The position numbers and the translations under genes are program-made. The notes beneath the pieces were generated by a model that saw nothing but the letters and a program-made list of their open reading frames with translations, made no database searches and was not told the DNA's origin. Positions 54,605-64,000 of a stretch of 64,000 bases of DNA are shown one piece after another (position 1 is the first letter of the stretch; the number at the start of each line of letters is the position of its first letter). Source of the DNA: Dehalococcoidia bacterium (GTDB taxonomy: Bacteria > Chloroflexota > Dehalococcoidia > Plut-88900); NCBI GenBank assembly GCA_965207225.1, contig CBDBLV010000001.1:160001-224000 (forward strand). The letters run 5' to 3'.

Positions 54605-55762
54605 ATGGACGTATCTAAGATAAGGGCCCAGATACCGGTTTGTAGTAACTTGACATATCTGAACACTGGCTGGTCCGGGCCGTCTCCCCAGCCGGTGATA
54701 GATGCAATCAAGGCAAGGGTAGAGTACGAAGCGGCAGAAGGCCCGACCAGCAAGCCCGTCCGGGAGTCGGTCCAGGTCATCGAGGACGATACGCGGCAAG
54801 CTGCAGCAACCCTCCTGAACGTCACCCCCGACGACCTCTGCCTCACCCAGAACACCACCGAGGGCCTGAACATCGTGATGGCCGGTTTCCCGTGGCAGCA
54901 AGGCGACGAGATAATCACCTTTGATATCGAACACCTCTCTGTAATGATCCCCTGCCTTTACGCAGAGAAGAGGTACGGCGCAAAGGTGCGGGTGGTGGAA
55001 CTCGCAACCAACGACGACTGGGACACGATCCTGAGCAAGATAGAGGCCCAGATAAACTCCCGCACCCGGATGATCGCCTTCAGCCACATCCAGTTCTCCT
55101 GCGGCCTTCGCATGCCCCTGGAGGGCATCCGAGCCCTGACCCGGGACAAGGGCATTTACATGCTGGTCGACGGAGCCCAGACGCCGGGGCACATAGCCCT
55201 GGACCTTTCGGGTTGGGACGTGGACTTCTACGCAACCCCCGGCCACAAGTGGATGCTCGGCCCCGAGGGCACGGGCGCCCTGTACATCAAGAGGGAACAC
55301 ATCGAGATGATTAACCCTTCGTACGTCGGGCACAGCGCGGTCGACCCCGAGAAGAAGCCCCTGGAATTTGACCTGTCCGGCATGTCAAAGTTCAACGTTA
55401 GCACAACCAGCACGGCCCTGATTGCCGGGTACCGGGCAGCCATCGGTTTCATCAGCGATGCGGACCCTGCGGACATCGAGGCCCGGACCGTGATGCTCTC
55501 CGGCTACCTCAAGCAGAAGCTGCTGGAGCGCGATGGATTCGAGGTTCTGTCTCCCCTGGAAGGCCCCGGGGTCTGCGGTTTGACTTCCTTCCGGGCAAGG
55601 GGAGCTGACTACCAGGACGTAGTAGACAGGCTGTGGGGAGAGCACAGGATCGTAGCTAGGCCCGTTGGGGGCGTGGAGTGCGTCCGCGTCGCCTCAGACT
55701 TCTTCAACACGGAAGAAGAGCTCGACAAGCTGGTCGACGCCCTTTCGGGTATGGTTGCCTAG
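54605..55762 (+). CDS. Class V PLP-dependent aminotransferase/desulfurase-like protein
   Basis: YLNTG, NTTEGLN, VDGAQ, GHKWMLGP. Confidence 0.9.
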   Translation: MDVSKIRAQIPVCSNLTYLNTGWSGPSPQPVIDAIKARVEYEAAEGPTSKPVRESVQVIEDDTRQAAATLLNVTPDDLCLTQNTTEGLNIVMAGFPWQQGDEIITFDIEHLSVMIPCLYAEKRYGAKVRVVELATNDDWDTILSKIEAQINSRTRMIAFSHIQFSCGLRMPLEGIRALTRDKGIYMLVDGAQTPGHIALDLSGWDVDFYATPGHKWMLGPEGTGALYIKREHIEMINPSYVGHSAVDPEKKPLEFDLSGMSKFNVSTTSTALIAGYRAAIGFISDADPADIEARTVMLSGYLKQKLLERDGFEVLSPLEGPGVCGLTSFRARGADYQDVVDRLWGEHRIVARPVGGVECVRVASDFFNTEEELDKLVDALSGMVA

Positions 55763-57024
55763 ACGGTAAGTCTGCGCTCGACTAGCTGTCCCCGTTTGAA
55801 GACGGCCGCAACGTTGGCCAGGCTGCTGGGGTCAGCCAAAGGGTCGCCGTTGACGACGAGGACGTCGGCCTGCTTCCCGGCCTCCAGGGTCCCGACCCTG
55901 TCAATGATGTTCAGCGCCCTTGCTGCCTCGCTGGTGCCCGACATCAGGGCCTCCATGTTTGTAAGTCCTGCCCTGGCCAGGGCCTCGACCTCTCTCACGA
56001 AATAGCCAAAGGGGTATGCGCCCCAGCCGCAGTCCGACCCTGCCACGAATTTGCCGCCCATGTCCCTCAGGCGTCCGCATTCGTCTATCCGCTCTTGGAT
56101 GGCCCGCTCGCCCTTGGCGACTTCCTGATTTTCTTCCTCGGTCAGCTCCTGGCCCTCGGCTTTCTCCCTCAGGAGCCTGAGCCTCGACTCCCAGATGGCG
56201 AGGGTAGGGTTATTCCAGACACCGTTCTCCACCAGCTTCTCGGCTACGGCCTCATCAAACTGATAGCTCTCGTCGGGAGCGGCGAAGACGCAGTGTGCAA
56301 TCATGGAAAACCCGGCTTCAACGGCCATGTTTATGCCGGCGGAGCACCGTGCGTGCCCCACGGTATAAACCCCCGCCTCCCGGGCAGCGCCCGTGATAGC
56401 CTGCAGCTCTTCCAGGCGGAATGCCGCCGCATAGGGCTGGCTCCCGAGGGTGCTTCCTCCCGTGGTCATGGCCTTCAGGAAGTCGGCGCCCGCGGCCAGG
56501 TGCTCTCCGGCCTTCGCCCGTGCCTCCCCGGGCCCCGACACTTCCGATCCCATGAACCAGCAGTGGCCCTTTCGGATGGTGATGGGGTTGCCGCAGGCCA
56601 GCACGTCGGCCCCTGCAACAATGCCCGCCGCTAAGTCGGCCTTTAACCGGAATCCCAGGTCATTCCACGCACCATTGTCACAAAGCGTCGTGACGCCTGT
56701 CTCCAGGGCAATACGTACGTTTCTATAGGAGCGGTATAAACGTAGTTCGTCATCATCATGGGCGTTGACGTCTTCGCCACGTCGGCTGTTGCCGGGCATG
56801 TTGGTATGGGTGTGACAGTCGATAAGTCCCGGCACAACGGAAGCGCCCGGATATTCGAGGACCTGCGCGTTCGCGGCTGCACGGGCCTCGCCCTTGCGCA
56901 TAACACCCTTAATCGAATCGCCTTCCAAGACCAGCGCCGACTCCTTGTCCGCCGCACCGCCGAGGCCATCTATGATGCGGTCCGCAACTATGATTGTTTT
57001 GGATTTTCCATCTTTGTCAGGCAA
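55759..57024 (-). CDS. Amidohydrolase_1 family protein
   Basis: PGLIDCHTH, FLK, GHAR, AHC, GSDCG, GKQADVL. TTG start with GGAGG. Confidence 0.88.
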   Translation of the reverse strand: MPDKDGKSKTIIVADRIIDGLGGAADKESALVLEGDSIKGVMRKGEARAAANAQVLEYPGASVVPGLIDCHTHTNMPGNSRRGEDVNAHDDDELRLYRSYRNVRIALETGVTTLCDNGAWNDLGFRLKADLAAGIVAGADVLACGNPITIRKGHCWFMGSEVSGPGEARAKAGEHLAAGADFLKAMTTGGSTLGSQPYAAAFRLEELQAITGAAREAGVYTVGHARCSAGINMAVEAGFSMIAHCVFAAPDESYQFDEAVAEKLVENGVWNNPTLAIWESRLRLLREKAEGQELTEEENQEVAKGERAIQERIDECGRLRDMGGKFVAGSDCGWGAYPFGYFVREVEALARAGLTNMEALMSGTSEAARALNIIDRVGTLEAGKQADVLVVNGDPLADPSSLANVAAVFKRGQLVERRLTV

Positions 57025-57062
57025 TCGCGAATACCTCCGAATACGGCCTACTAGGCAGATGG

Positions 57063-57221
57063 TCAGCCGCGTTCCCCTTGTGTCTGCCGGTTTCTCGCGG
57101 CGTTTATCTGCCACTGGCGGTCCTGCAGCCAGAGCATGGTTACCGCCGCAGCTGCAATTCCCACAGCCGATACAGCCATGAGCCCAATAAATGCCAATGA
57201 GTACAAGACGAATTTGCCCAT
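57063..57221 (-). CDS. Small single-TM protein
   Basis: GGAGGAG RBS, then MGKFVLYSLAFIGLMAV. Confidence 0.55.
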   Translation of the reverse strand: MGKFVLYSLAFIGLMAVSAVGIAAAAVTMLWLQDRQWQINAARNRQTQGERG

Positions 57222-57292
57222 CTCTCTCCTCCCTGGGGGCCCAGGTACTGGCGCCTCCCTTGAAGCGTCGGCATTCCGGCCTGTTGCACTGC

Positions 57293-57367
57293 TGGTCGGG
57301 GTGGCCGGATTTGAACCGGCGACCTCATGGTCCCAAACCATGCGCGCTTCCCCTGCGCTACACCCCG
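57293..57367 (-). tRNA. tRNA-Pro(TGG)
   Basis: CGGGGTG acceptor stem, CATGG-TTTGGGA-CCATG anticodon arm, CCA end. Confidence 0.96.
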
Positions 57368-57635
57368 TTCTTTGAAATCATATTCCCGCCCCCTATGACG
57401 GTCAAGAACCGAATGCCACACTTCCGGGTGCGTGGACATGCAATTGGCATGTACTTAGAATTGGCACTAGGGGTTGAAGTTATTCGGGCATGCAGGGCGC
57501 AAGACCATGAAAAACCGCAAGATATTGCTGGTATTCGGGGCGTTCCTGCTAGCTGTCGTGCTGAGCCTGATTGTGAGGTTGCTGGACGCCCGCAAGGTAA
57601 AGGACTGCCGGGATTCGCCTGGTGCCGCTTCGAGA

Positions 57636-58355
57636 TCAGACGGATAAATCTCTCCTGGAGAATATCGCCAGCGCTATGGCATGTCCCCCCACGGTGATCC
57701 CCGCGAGAATTGCTATGGCCGGCCAGCGCACCACCCCATCTTGCATCAGCTGGACCGGGTCGTAGTAGTGAAAGATGGACATGTCGGCCAGCCAGGACAT
57801 TCCTTCATAGCTGGACCCGATCACGTTCATAATGTAGCCGATGAAGGTAGCCAGTGCGCTGAACGCCAATGCGCTTCCCTGGGTTGAGCACCACGCAGAT
57901 ATCATTAGCGTATAGCTGTATACGGCCAGGACAAGCAGGAGTCCTATAGAGGCCGAGATGGTCAGATAGCCAACTTTGAGGTCCGATTCCACAATGCCTC
58001 CCGCCACGGCTGTGGAAAACCATCCGACGACCACCAGTCCCAGAAGGGCCAGGGCAAAGAAAATCGACTTTCCGAGGGCTATCTGATGGCGACGCATGGG
58101 AAGAGTCCCCAGTATCAAGAGCAGGTCATCACTGAGCCGGCGCGCCAGGCATCCTGAACCGAAAATCAGTGCGTAAAGGACCAGGTAGATTGGGACCGAT
58201 CCCAGAGTGGGATAGGGCAGGAATGCCGTCTCCTGCTCGGCGATGCCGGGAGCCCAGAAAACTGATAGCGCTCCGAATACGAATAGCGCCAGCGCCCACG
58301 AAGCCAGGGCCAGCCTGCTCATCTTCAGGTGGAGAAGGAAAAGAGGGACATTCAT
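57636..58355 (-). CDS. ABC-2 type permease
   Basis: About 6 TMs, LPMRRHQIALGK, SIFHYYDP, FSRRDL. Confidence 0.85.
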   Translation of the reverse strand: MNVPLFLLHLKMSRLALASWALALFVFGALSVFWAPGIAEQETAFLPYPTLGSVPIYLVLYALIFGSGCLARRLSDDLLLILGTLPMRRHQIALGKSIFFALALLGLVVVGWFSTAVAGGIVESDLKVGYLTISASIGLLLVLAVYSYTLMISAWCSTQGSALAFSALATFIGYIMNVIGSSYEGMSWLADMSIFHYYDPVQLMQDGVVRWPAIAILAGITVGGHAIALAIFSRRDLSV

Positions 58356-59260
58356 ACGTAGGGCCCCGGGCCATGGCCGCGTACCATGTCCATCAATATG
58401 TCTTCGATAACGTCCTCCACGATCTCAACGTCTTCGACTGAGAATTTCCCAAGCCTCTTGAGCAGGCTTCCCGCTTCGCCGTCGAGTGTTACGACCCACT
58501 CCCTGCCGTTCCGGCTGACTACTGTCAAGTTGTGGGCAATAAAATCCTGAAGCTCCACGTCTTCTCTAAAGACTATCTTCAGTCTCTTGCCGAGCTTTCT
58601 ATTGAGCCTGCTAATGCTTCTGACGAAGGTCAATTCACCGTTTACCAGGGTCCCGACCCTGTCACCGTGACGAGCCGCTATTCGTGGAGAATCGGTGGTG
58701 AGCAGGACTGTGATGCCATTTCGTCGCTCTTCTTCCAACAGGTTGAAAACGACCCTGCGGGATGATTCGTCCAGATGATGGAACGGATTGTCGAGCAATA
58801 GAACCATGGGACTGTGCATCAAGGCCAGGACCCAGGCCAGACGGGTCACTTCGGCATCCGCAAGGTTGCCGATTTTTTCGGACTCGTTGATCTTGAGCCT
58901 CTCCACCAATTCCGAACGTCGGGGGCCTTCGGACCTGAAGGCTGCCAGGCTAAGGTCCATGTACTCCCGACCTGTGAGGCCCGGGTAGAATCGCTGGCTT
59001 CCCAACACGCAGCCGACTCTCTTTCTCACTTCGACGGATTCCGACGAGCAATCGAATCCCAGGATTTCAGCATTGCCGCGCGTTGGTCGCTTGAGGCCCA
59101 ATAGAAGGTGGAACAGGGTGGTCATGCCTGAGCCGCTCGGGCCGAGGATGGTAAAAGTCTCACCCTCGATGACTTCGAAGTAGACGCCTTCCAAGGCCAC
59201 GACGTTGCCGAAGTGCTTGGTAAGATCGTGGGTCTGAATTATGGGCTGTCTCCTGGACAT
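58352..59260 (-). CDS. ABC ATP-binding-like subunit with degenerate motifs
   Basis: GPSGSGMTT, LADAE, LLLDNP, TTD. Confidence 0.85.
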   Translation of the reverse strand: MSRRQPIIQTHDLTKHFGNVVALEGVYFEVIEGETFTILGPSGSGMTTLFHLLLGLKRPTRGNAEILGFDCSSESVEVRKRVGCVLGSQRFYPGLTGREYMDLSLAAFRSEGPRRSELVERLKINESEKIGNLADAEVTRLAWVLALMHSPMVLLLDNPFHHLDESSRRVVFNLLEEERRNGITVLLTTDSPRIAARHGDRVGTLVNGELTFVRSISRLNRKLGKRLKIVFREDVELQDFIAHNLTVVSRNGREWVVTLDGEAGSLLKRLGKFSVEDVEIVEDVIEDILMDMVRGHGPGPYV

Positions 59261-59312
59261 ATCCGGTGGAATTGTATCGCTTTTGCCCGAGCCCCGCCGC
59301 TAGGATTCGGTG

Positions 59313-61886
59313 TCAGTTCACTGAGAAGAAGGATCCCTGCTCCGTTTTGACAACCTGGATACGGGCGGGAAAGGCCTCTTTGAGTTCGTCGATGTGGGTT
59401 ATCACGATTATGCGGTCGAAGTCTTCCTGTATTGAGTAGATGGCGTCCAGCAGCTTCTCACGCCCCGACCCATCCTGGGTGCCGAAGCCTTCGTCGATAA
59501 ACAGGACCCTGAGCGGCGCGCCGGCCCGTCGGGTGAGCAGCCGAGATATTGCGACCCGCAGGGCGAAATTTATTCGGAAAGCTTCGCCGCCGCTGAACAT
59601 TTCGTAGGGCCGGGCCCCGAGCTCGTCGGCGATGTTAATGTCCAGGGTCTCGATGGAGCCTCCGGTGCGCCTTTCCCTCTGGGTCTCGATTTTCACGTGC
59701 ATCCGGTTGTCTGTCATGCGGCTCAGGAGCCGGTTGGCCTCTTCCTCGATATCAGGGAGAACGGTCTCGATGATCAGGGCCTGGACACCGCCTTTACCGA
59801 AGGCCCGGGCCAGCTCGCCATAGCTCCCCATTTCCCTGCTAGCGCGGTTCAATCGAGTCCGCAGTACCCCGGCCTTCTCCTCCAATGCGCGAATGTTCTG
59901 GATTCGCTCTCGAAGACCGGCGAGACGGTCACGACGCTCCCTCAATGCCCGGTTGACGTTGTCCAGTACGGACTCAGTTTCTCTTAGACGCTGAACAATT
60001 CCCGGGAGTTGAGATGCTTGCTCTTCTATCTTCTTTATGGTGTTCCTGTCACCTTCCAGACGGAACTGCAGTTCTTCAATGCGGTCTTGGGAGGTCTGAA
60101 TGTCCTGTCGCGTCTCGTCGCTCCTGGCGCGAGCCTCCTGCAGCTTGAGCCACGAAATGTCGACGCCCTGGAGGGACTGGACCTCTTTGGAAGTCCTGAG
60201 ATGGGCGTCGGGATCATAGGCAAGAATCTCCAGTTTTCTGTTCAGCTCGTCGATGCTGCTGCGCACATCCCGGCCGAACGATTCATCGGCCAATGCAGAC
60301 GCCAGCGCCTCAAGCTCGTCAGTCAAAGGTGCAAGTTGCGCCGAGGCCAATTCACCCTCTTTAACGTCCCTCTCAAGAACTGCCACCCTGGCCTGAAGGT
60401 CGCGTCGCTTCTCCTCTGCGAGTGTTTGAGACTTCCTCAGCTCCGATCGACCCGAATCCCGTGCCGCTGCCAGTTTAGTGATTTCTGCCTTGTTATGGTC
60501 AAACCTGCGGCGCCTTTCCGCGCCCTCCGAGTTGAGCGCGGACCTTACGTGTTCGATGCCCACCTCTGCTAGGGAGGTGCCGCACGTTGGGCACTGCGAG
60601 ACTCCCTCCGCTAACAGGTCGACCTTCTTCCGCAGCTCCTTCATCTCTTCTACCAGGTTTCGGTTCTGCGACTCCAGGGACCCTATTTGCACTGAGATCT
60701 CCTCGACCCTCTGGGACTCCTGGCCAAGTTCCAGCAGCTGCTCATCGACGTCGACCAGTTGGACCGCGCTCTCGGCCAAGCCCTCTTCCGACGCCCCAAT
60801 TCTTGACGCCTTCTCTTCCAAAGCTCGGGACTCGGCCTTTATCCGCTCCAGCCTTGCGGTAAGAGTCGCCTTTTCGGCATCCAGCTGCCGTTCGAGCTTG
60901 AAGCGCTGGTCTGTAAGGAGACCCTGTTGCATCAGCGCGTCCGAGAGGCGTTTTTCCTGCTCCATCGCCTTTTGGAACTGAGCGTACTTCTCCTCAAGGA
61001 CATCGGATTGGCTTATGAGGCGGTCATATTCGGCGAGCCGGGTCTTGTAGCGATCAATGTCTGCCTGGGTTCGGGAGAGGTCATCTTCGATCCCTTGCAG
61101 CCGAGCCCTGAGGCTTTCCAATTCCGACACAGTCGCCTCGATGCGAATCTTGTGGATTGTCAGGTCTTGCACTGCTCTTCGCTGCTCAGCTTCACGCTCC
61201 TCCAGCTCCTCCACCTCACCGTTGAGAACATGGAAGTCGGCCTCCAGCGCGGGGCGAGTTCCTATCTCCACCTCGATTTCCCGCAGCGAATGCTCGTACT
61301 GGGCGGCTTCTCTCTCCCGGTCCCGGGCCTTCTGCCTGGAAAGGCTCTCCAGTTCGTCGTAGAAGGAAAGGTCAAGGATGTCGGCCAGCACTTCCTTGCG
61401 TTCCCTGGGTGTACGCAAGGTGAACTCGTCCGCCCGACCCTGTCGGAGGAAGGCGCTGTTGACGAAGGTGTCGTACTCCAGCCGGATGAGGCGGTTGATC
61501 TGTACCTGGGTCTCGGCGATGGTGTTTCCGGTGATGGGCCTGAACGCACCTTCGCCCCCCGCCCCCGAGACCTGGAGCTCCAACACACTCGCCCCCGATC
61601 CCCGGCCTCGGGCCCGCTTCCGCTTGCGAATCACCCTGTAAACATCTTCCCCGTTGGAAAATTCCAGTTCGACCTCCATGTCGGACTCGCCAATGTGGAT
61701 AAGGTCGTCGACTCCCCGTCCCCGCGCTTTTCCCCAAAGGGCCCAAGTCATGGCGTCCAGCAATGCCGATTTGCCGTGGCCGTTGTCGCCGCAGATGCAG
61801 GCTACGTGGATTCCCTCCAGGGGGAGCGGCTCCGGGACATCCCGGTAGCACATGAAGTTCTTGACCCGGAGTTTGAGGGGTATCAA
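59313..61886 (-). CDS. sbcC: SbcC/Rad50 ATPase
   Basis: GDNGHGKS, CPTC zinc hook, FSGGE, IDEGFG, ITH. Confidence 0.93.
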   Translation of the reverse strand: MIPLKLRVKNFMCYRDVPEPLPLEGIHVACICGDNGHGKSALLDAMTWALWGKARGRGVDDLIHIGESDMEVELEFSNGEDVYRVIRKRKRARGRGSGASVLELQVSGAGGEGAFRPITGNTIAETQVQINRLIRLEYDTFVNSAFLRQGRADEFTLRTPRERKEVLADILDLSFYDELESLSRQKARDREREAAQYEHSLREIEVEIGTRPALEADFHVLNGEVEELEEREAEQRRAVQDLTIHKIRIEATVSELESLRARLQGIEDDLSRTQADIDRYKTRLAEYDRLISQSDVLEEKYAQFQKAMEQEKRLSDALMQQGLLTDQRFKLERQLDAEKATLTARLERIKAESRALEEKASRIGASEEGLAESAVQLVDVDEQLLELGQESQRVEEISVQIGSLESQNRNLVEEMKELRKKVDLLAEGVSQCPTCGTSLAEVGIEHVRSALNSEGAERRRRFDHNKAEITKLAAARDSGRSELRKSQTLAEEKRRDLQARVAVLERDVKEGELASAQLAPLTDELEALASALADESFGRDVRSSIDELNRKLEILAYDPDAHLRTSKEVQSLQGVDISWLKLQEARARSDETRQDIQTSQDRIEELQFRLEGDRNTIKKIEEQASQLPGIVQRLRETESVLDNVNRALRERRDRLAGLRERIQNIRALEEKAGVLRTRLNRASREMGSYGELARAFGKGGVQALIIETVLPDIEEEANRLLSRMTDNRMHVKIETQRERRTGGSIETLDINIADELGARPYEMFSGGEAFRINFALRVAISRLLTRRAGAPLRVLFIDEGFGTQDGSGREKLLDAIYSIQEDFDRIIVITHIDELKEAFPARIQVVKTEQGSFFSVN

Positions 61887-61932
61887 TTCTCTGGTCTCCG
61901 GTGATGCACCGAAAGGCCGGTGGCGGATAGCA

Positions 61933-62616
61933 TCAGTTAGGCTTGACTACTATCTTGCTCGCGGTATCCGTGCTGATCACGATCTCGTGGCGGTCAACTT
62001 CCAGGGTGATGGTGCCCTTAAAGTCCGCAACGTCCAGCACTTTCATGGTCCAGGAGGGGGAGACGTTGTGCTCTTCCAGGTATTGCAGGAGTTCGACGTC
62101 CTCTTCCGGCACCCGTTTAACCGTTACCGTGGTGCCTTCTCTGACTTCATTCAGAGACTTGAGGTGGGAACGCACATGCTTTGTGTTCGCGTATCCTTCG
62201 CTGCCCGGTATCGGGTAGCCATGGGGGCAGGTCGTCGGGTTATTCAAAAGTGCGGCCAGCCCATCAGCGACTTCGTGGGAGATGCCGTGCTCAAGCCGGT
62301 GGGCTTCGGAGTAGGCTTCGTGCCAGGCAAAATTCAAAACATCGGTTAGGAAGCGCTCCGCCAGCCTGTGACGACGGATCACCTCCTCAGCCAATTTGTT
62401 GCCGGAGACGGTCAAGGAAATCACCTTCTTCCGGGAGACCTTGATAAGCCCGTCCCGAGCCATCCTCCTGACGGTGCCGAAGGCGGTCGCGGGAGAAACC
62501 CCGAGGGTCTCGGCAAGGCGCGCGGAAATTACGGGCTTTCCTTCCTCCGTAAACCTGAAAACGGTGGTCAGGAAATCATCCGTCGCGACAGACGTCGGTT
62601 TTGCAACTCCCGCCAT
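61933..62616 (-). CDS. DtxR/MntR-family metal regulator with FeoA domain
   Basis: RRHRLAERFL, EAHRLEH, CPHGYPIP. Confidence 0.93.
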   Translation of the reverse strand: MAGVAKPTSVATDDFLTTVFRFTEEGKPVISARLAETLGVSPATAFGTVRRMARDGLIKVSRKKVISLTVSGNKLAEEVIRRHRLAERFLTDVLNFAWHEAYSEAHRLEHGISHEVADGLAALLNNPTTCPHGYPIPGSEGYANTKHVRSHLKSLNEVREGTTVTVKRVPEEDVELLQYLEEHNVSPSWTMKVLDVADFKGTITLEVDRHEIVISTDTASKIVVKPN

Positions 62617-62710
62617 GAACTTCTCTTTAGCGTCTCACCGGTCTCACCCGACCTCAATCTTAAGTGCTGGCAATCGTGCAAATTCGCACGAAAATTGCCC
62701 TGCAAAGGTG

Positions 62711-62742
62711 TTGACGTACTCTATAAATTAGTCTAGCCTAAT
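62711..62742 (+). promoter_or_regulatory. Promoter with DtxR-family-like operator
   Basis: TTGACG-17 nt-TAGCCT, overlapped by palindrome ATTAGTCTAGCCTAAT (62727-62742). Confidence 0.7.
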
Positions 62743-62812
62743 CCACAACTTTTTGCGGTTGAACACCCTCATGGTGAAACACAAAGTAACGGAATTATAG
62801 CACGACCCCCTT

Positions 62813-63943
62813 TTGAACATTCCCAATGAAGAAGGGACGACAACCTCCGTGAATCACGTAAGTTTCCATAAATCGGTAGCTCCCTTGGCCCCTCTGACCC
62901 TGCTGCTGGTGATCGTGGCCATGATCGCTTTGGCATGCGGTAGTGACCCGACTCCGACCCAGTCATCTCAGCCAGGCCCCACCCAAGCCCCCACAGTAGA
63001 CGAATCTCAGGCCGACCCCGGAGAACTGGTCATTTACTCCGGCCGGGAGGAGGACCTGATTGGCCCGATAGTCGAACAGTTCGCGACCGCCACTGGAATA
63101 GACGTCAAGGTAAACTACGGCTCCAACGCCGCACTGGTGGCCACAATCCAGGAGGAAGGACAGAACAGCCCCGCGGACGTTTACTACGGCTCGGATCCCG
63201 GGTCCCTCGGCGCTCTGGAGACCAGGCTCCGAGCCCTGCCCGACTCCGTATTGGCAAAAGTCGACTCCAAGCTCTCATCCAGGCAAGGCAAATGGGTCGC
63301 AATTTCCGGGCGGGCTCGGACTGTCGTATACAACACTGAGGCCCTAACAGAGGCTGACCTTCCACCCTCCATCCTGGATTTCACCGAACCCCAGTGGAAA
63401 GGACGCATCGGCTGGGCCCCGACTAATGGCTCTTTCCAGGCCTTCGTCACGGCCCTGAGGTTAACTCAGGGTGAAGACGCTGCTAAGGCTTGGCTGGAAG
63501 GCATACAGGCCAACGAGCCTCGGGTCTACCCCAAGAACACCCCCATAGTCCAGGCCGCGGCCGACGGTGAGATAGACGTTGGGTTTGTTAACCACTACTA
63601 CCTCTTCCGCTTCCTGGCCGAAGAAGGAGAAGGATTCCAGGCGCGGAACTACTACCCGACCGGTGGAGATGTTGGGTCGACGATATTGGTGTCAGGCGCA
63701 GGGATTCTCGATTCTTCCGAAAACGAGGCCAATGCACGCAGATTCATCGAGTTCCTGCTTTCGACGGTGAGCCAGCAGTACTTCGCAAGCCAGACCTTTG
63801 AATATCCGCTGGTGGAGGGAGTGAAGACTCACCCCGAGCTCCTGCCTCTCTCCGAGATCGACGTTCCGGATGTGGACCTCGGTTCACTCCAGGACCTGGA
63901 AGGCACGTTGGAGTTGTTAAGGGACACGGGGATAGTCCCTTAG
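62813..63943 (+). CDS. Fe(III) ABC transporter substrate-binding lipoprotein (FutA/FbpA-like)
   Basis: Lipobox LAC, YSGR, SPADV, NHYY, EYPL. Start uncertain. Confidence 0.9.
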   Translation: MNIPNEEGTTTSVNHVSFHKSVAPLAPLTLLLVIVAMIALACGSDPTPTQSSQPGPTQAPTVDESQADPGELVIYSGREEDLIGPIVEQFATATGIDVKVNYGSNAALVATIQEEGQNSPADVYYGSDPGSLGALETRLRALPDSVLAKVDSKLSSRQGKWVAISGRARTVVYNTEALTEADLPPSILDFTEPQWKGRIGWAPTNGSFQAFVTALRLTQGEDAAKAWLEGIQANEPRVYPKNTPIVQAAADGEIDVGFVNHYYLFRFLAEEGEGFQARNYYPTGGDVGSTILVSGAGILDSSENEANARRFIEFLLSTVSQQYFASQTFEYPLVEGVKTHPELLPLSEIDVPDVDLGSLQDLEGTLELLRDTGIVP

Positions 63944-64000
63944 GCTTTCCATGAGGGTAACGCGGGCAGCAGACAACACGGCGTTCCTTCGAGGTCCCGT

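Noticed and set aside
57222-57697. ORFs overlapping tRNA-Pro
   Set aside because: They are translations of the tRNA and its promoter region.
59313-61886. SMC-based defence system (Wadjet/Lamassu)
   Set aside because: Typical SbcC with a zinc hook among housekeeping genes, with no effector or kleisin neighbours. sbcD may lie elsewhere.

Overview
High-GC bacterial window, most consistent with a Dehalococcoidia/SAR202-like Chloroflexota genome. This is an inference from the tmRNA tag GKRQLALAA, DUF5679 and expanded catabolic paralogues. Left half: two related integrative, conjugative-like elements in convergent orientation. Element 1 (<1 to ~10.7 kb) carries VirD4-like, Replication-relaxation, DUF3800, ImmA/XRE regulators, VapBC, a NYN cassette and a serine recombinase. 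Element 2 (~17.76-33.4 kb, at tRNA-Ile) carries a serine recombinase, HigBA, Replication-relaxation, VirD4, VirB4, two pilins, PrgI and VirB6. Between them lies a 7-kb, strongly C-skewed, REP-rich segment with tag, three DUF1640-like paralogues, a PLD nuclease fused to a DpnI-type methyl-GATC reader next to a DpnA-like methyltransferase with a GATC-packed promoter, and an M24 peptidase. An IS1182 without a target duplication ends element 2 and truncates an ArgE-like gene. The right half is ordinary chromosome: ssrA/smpB, ctpA, rnpB, tynA, catabolic enzymes, tRNA-Pro, sbcC and DtxR with an iron-binding protein. The best novelty candidates are the GATC writer plus methyl-GATC nuclease pair, a 69-bp direct-repeat-flanked promoter-sRNA-terminator-NYN cassette that replaces the recombinase 5' end, and tandem variable-hairpin units. 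All family calls come from motif recognition by eye; no database searches were run.
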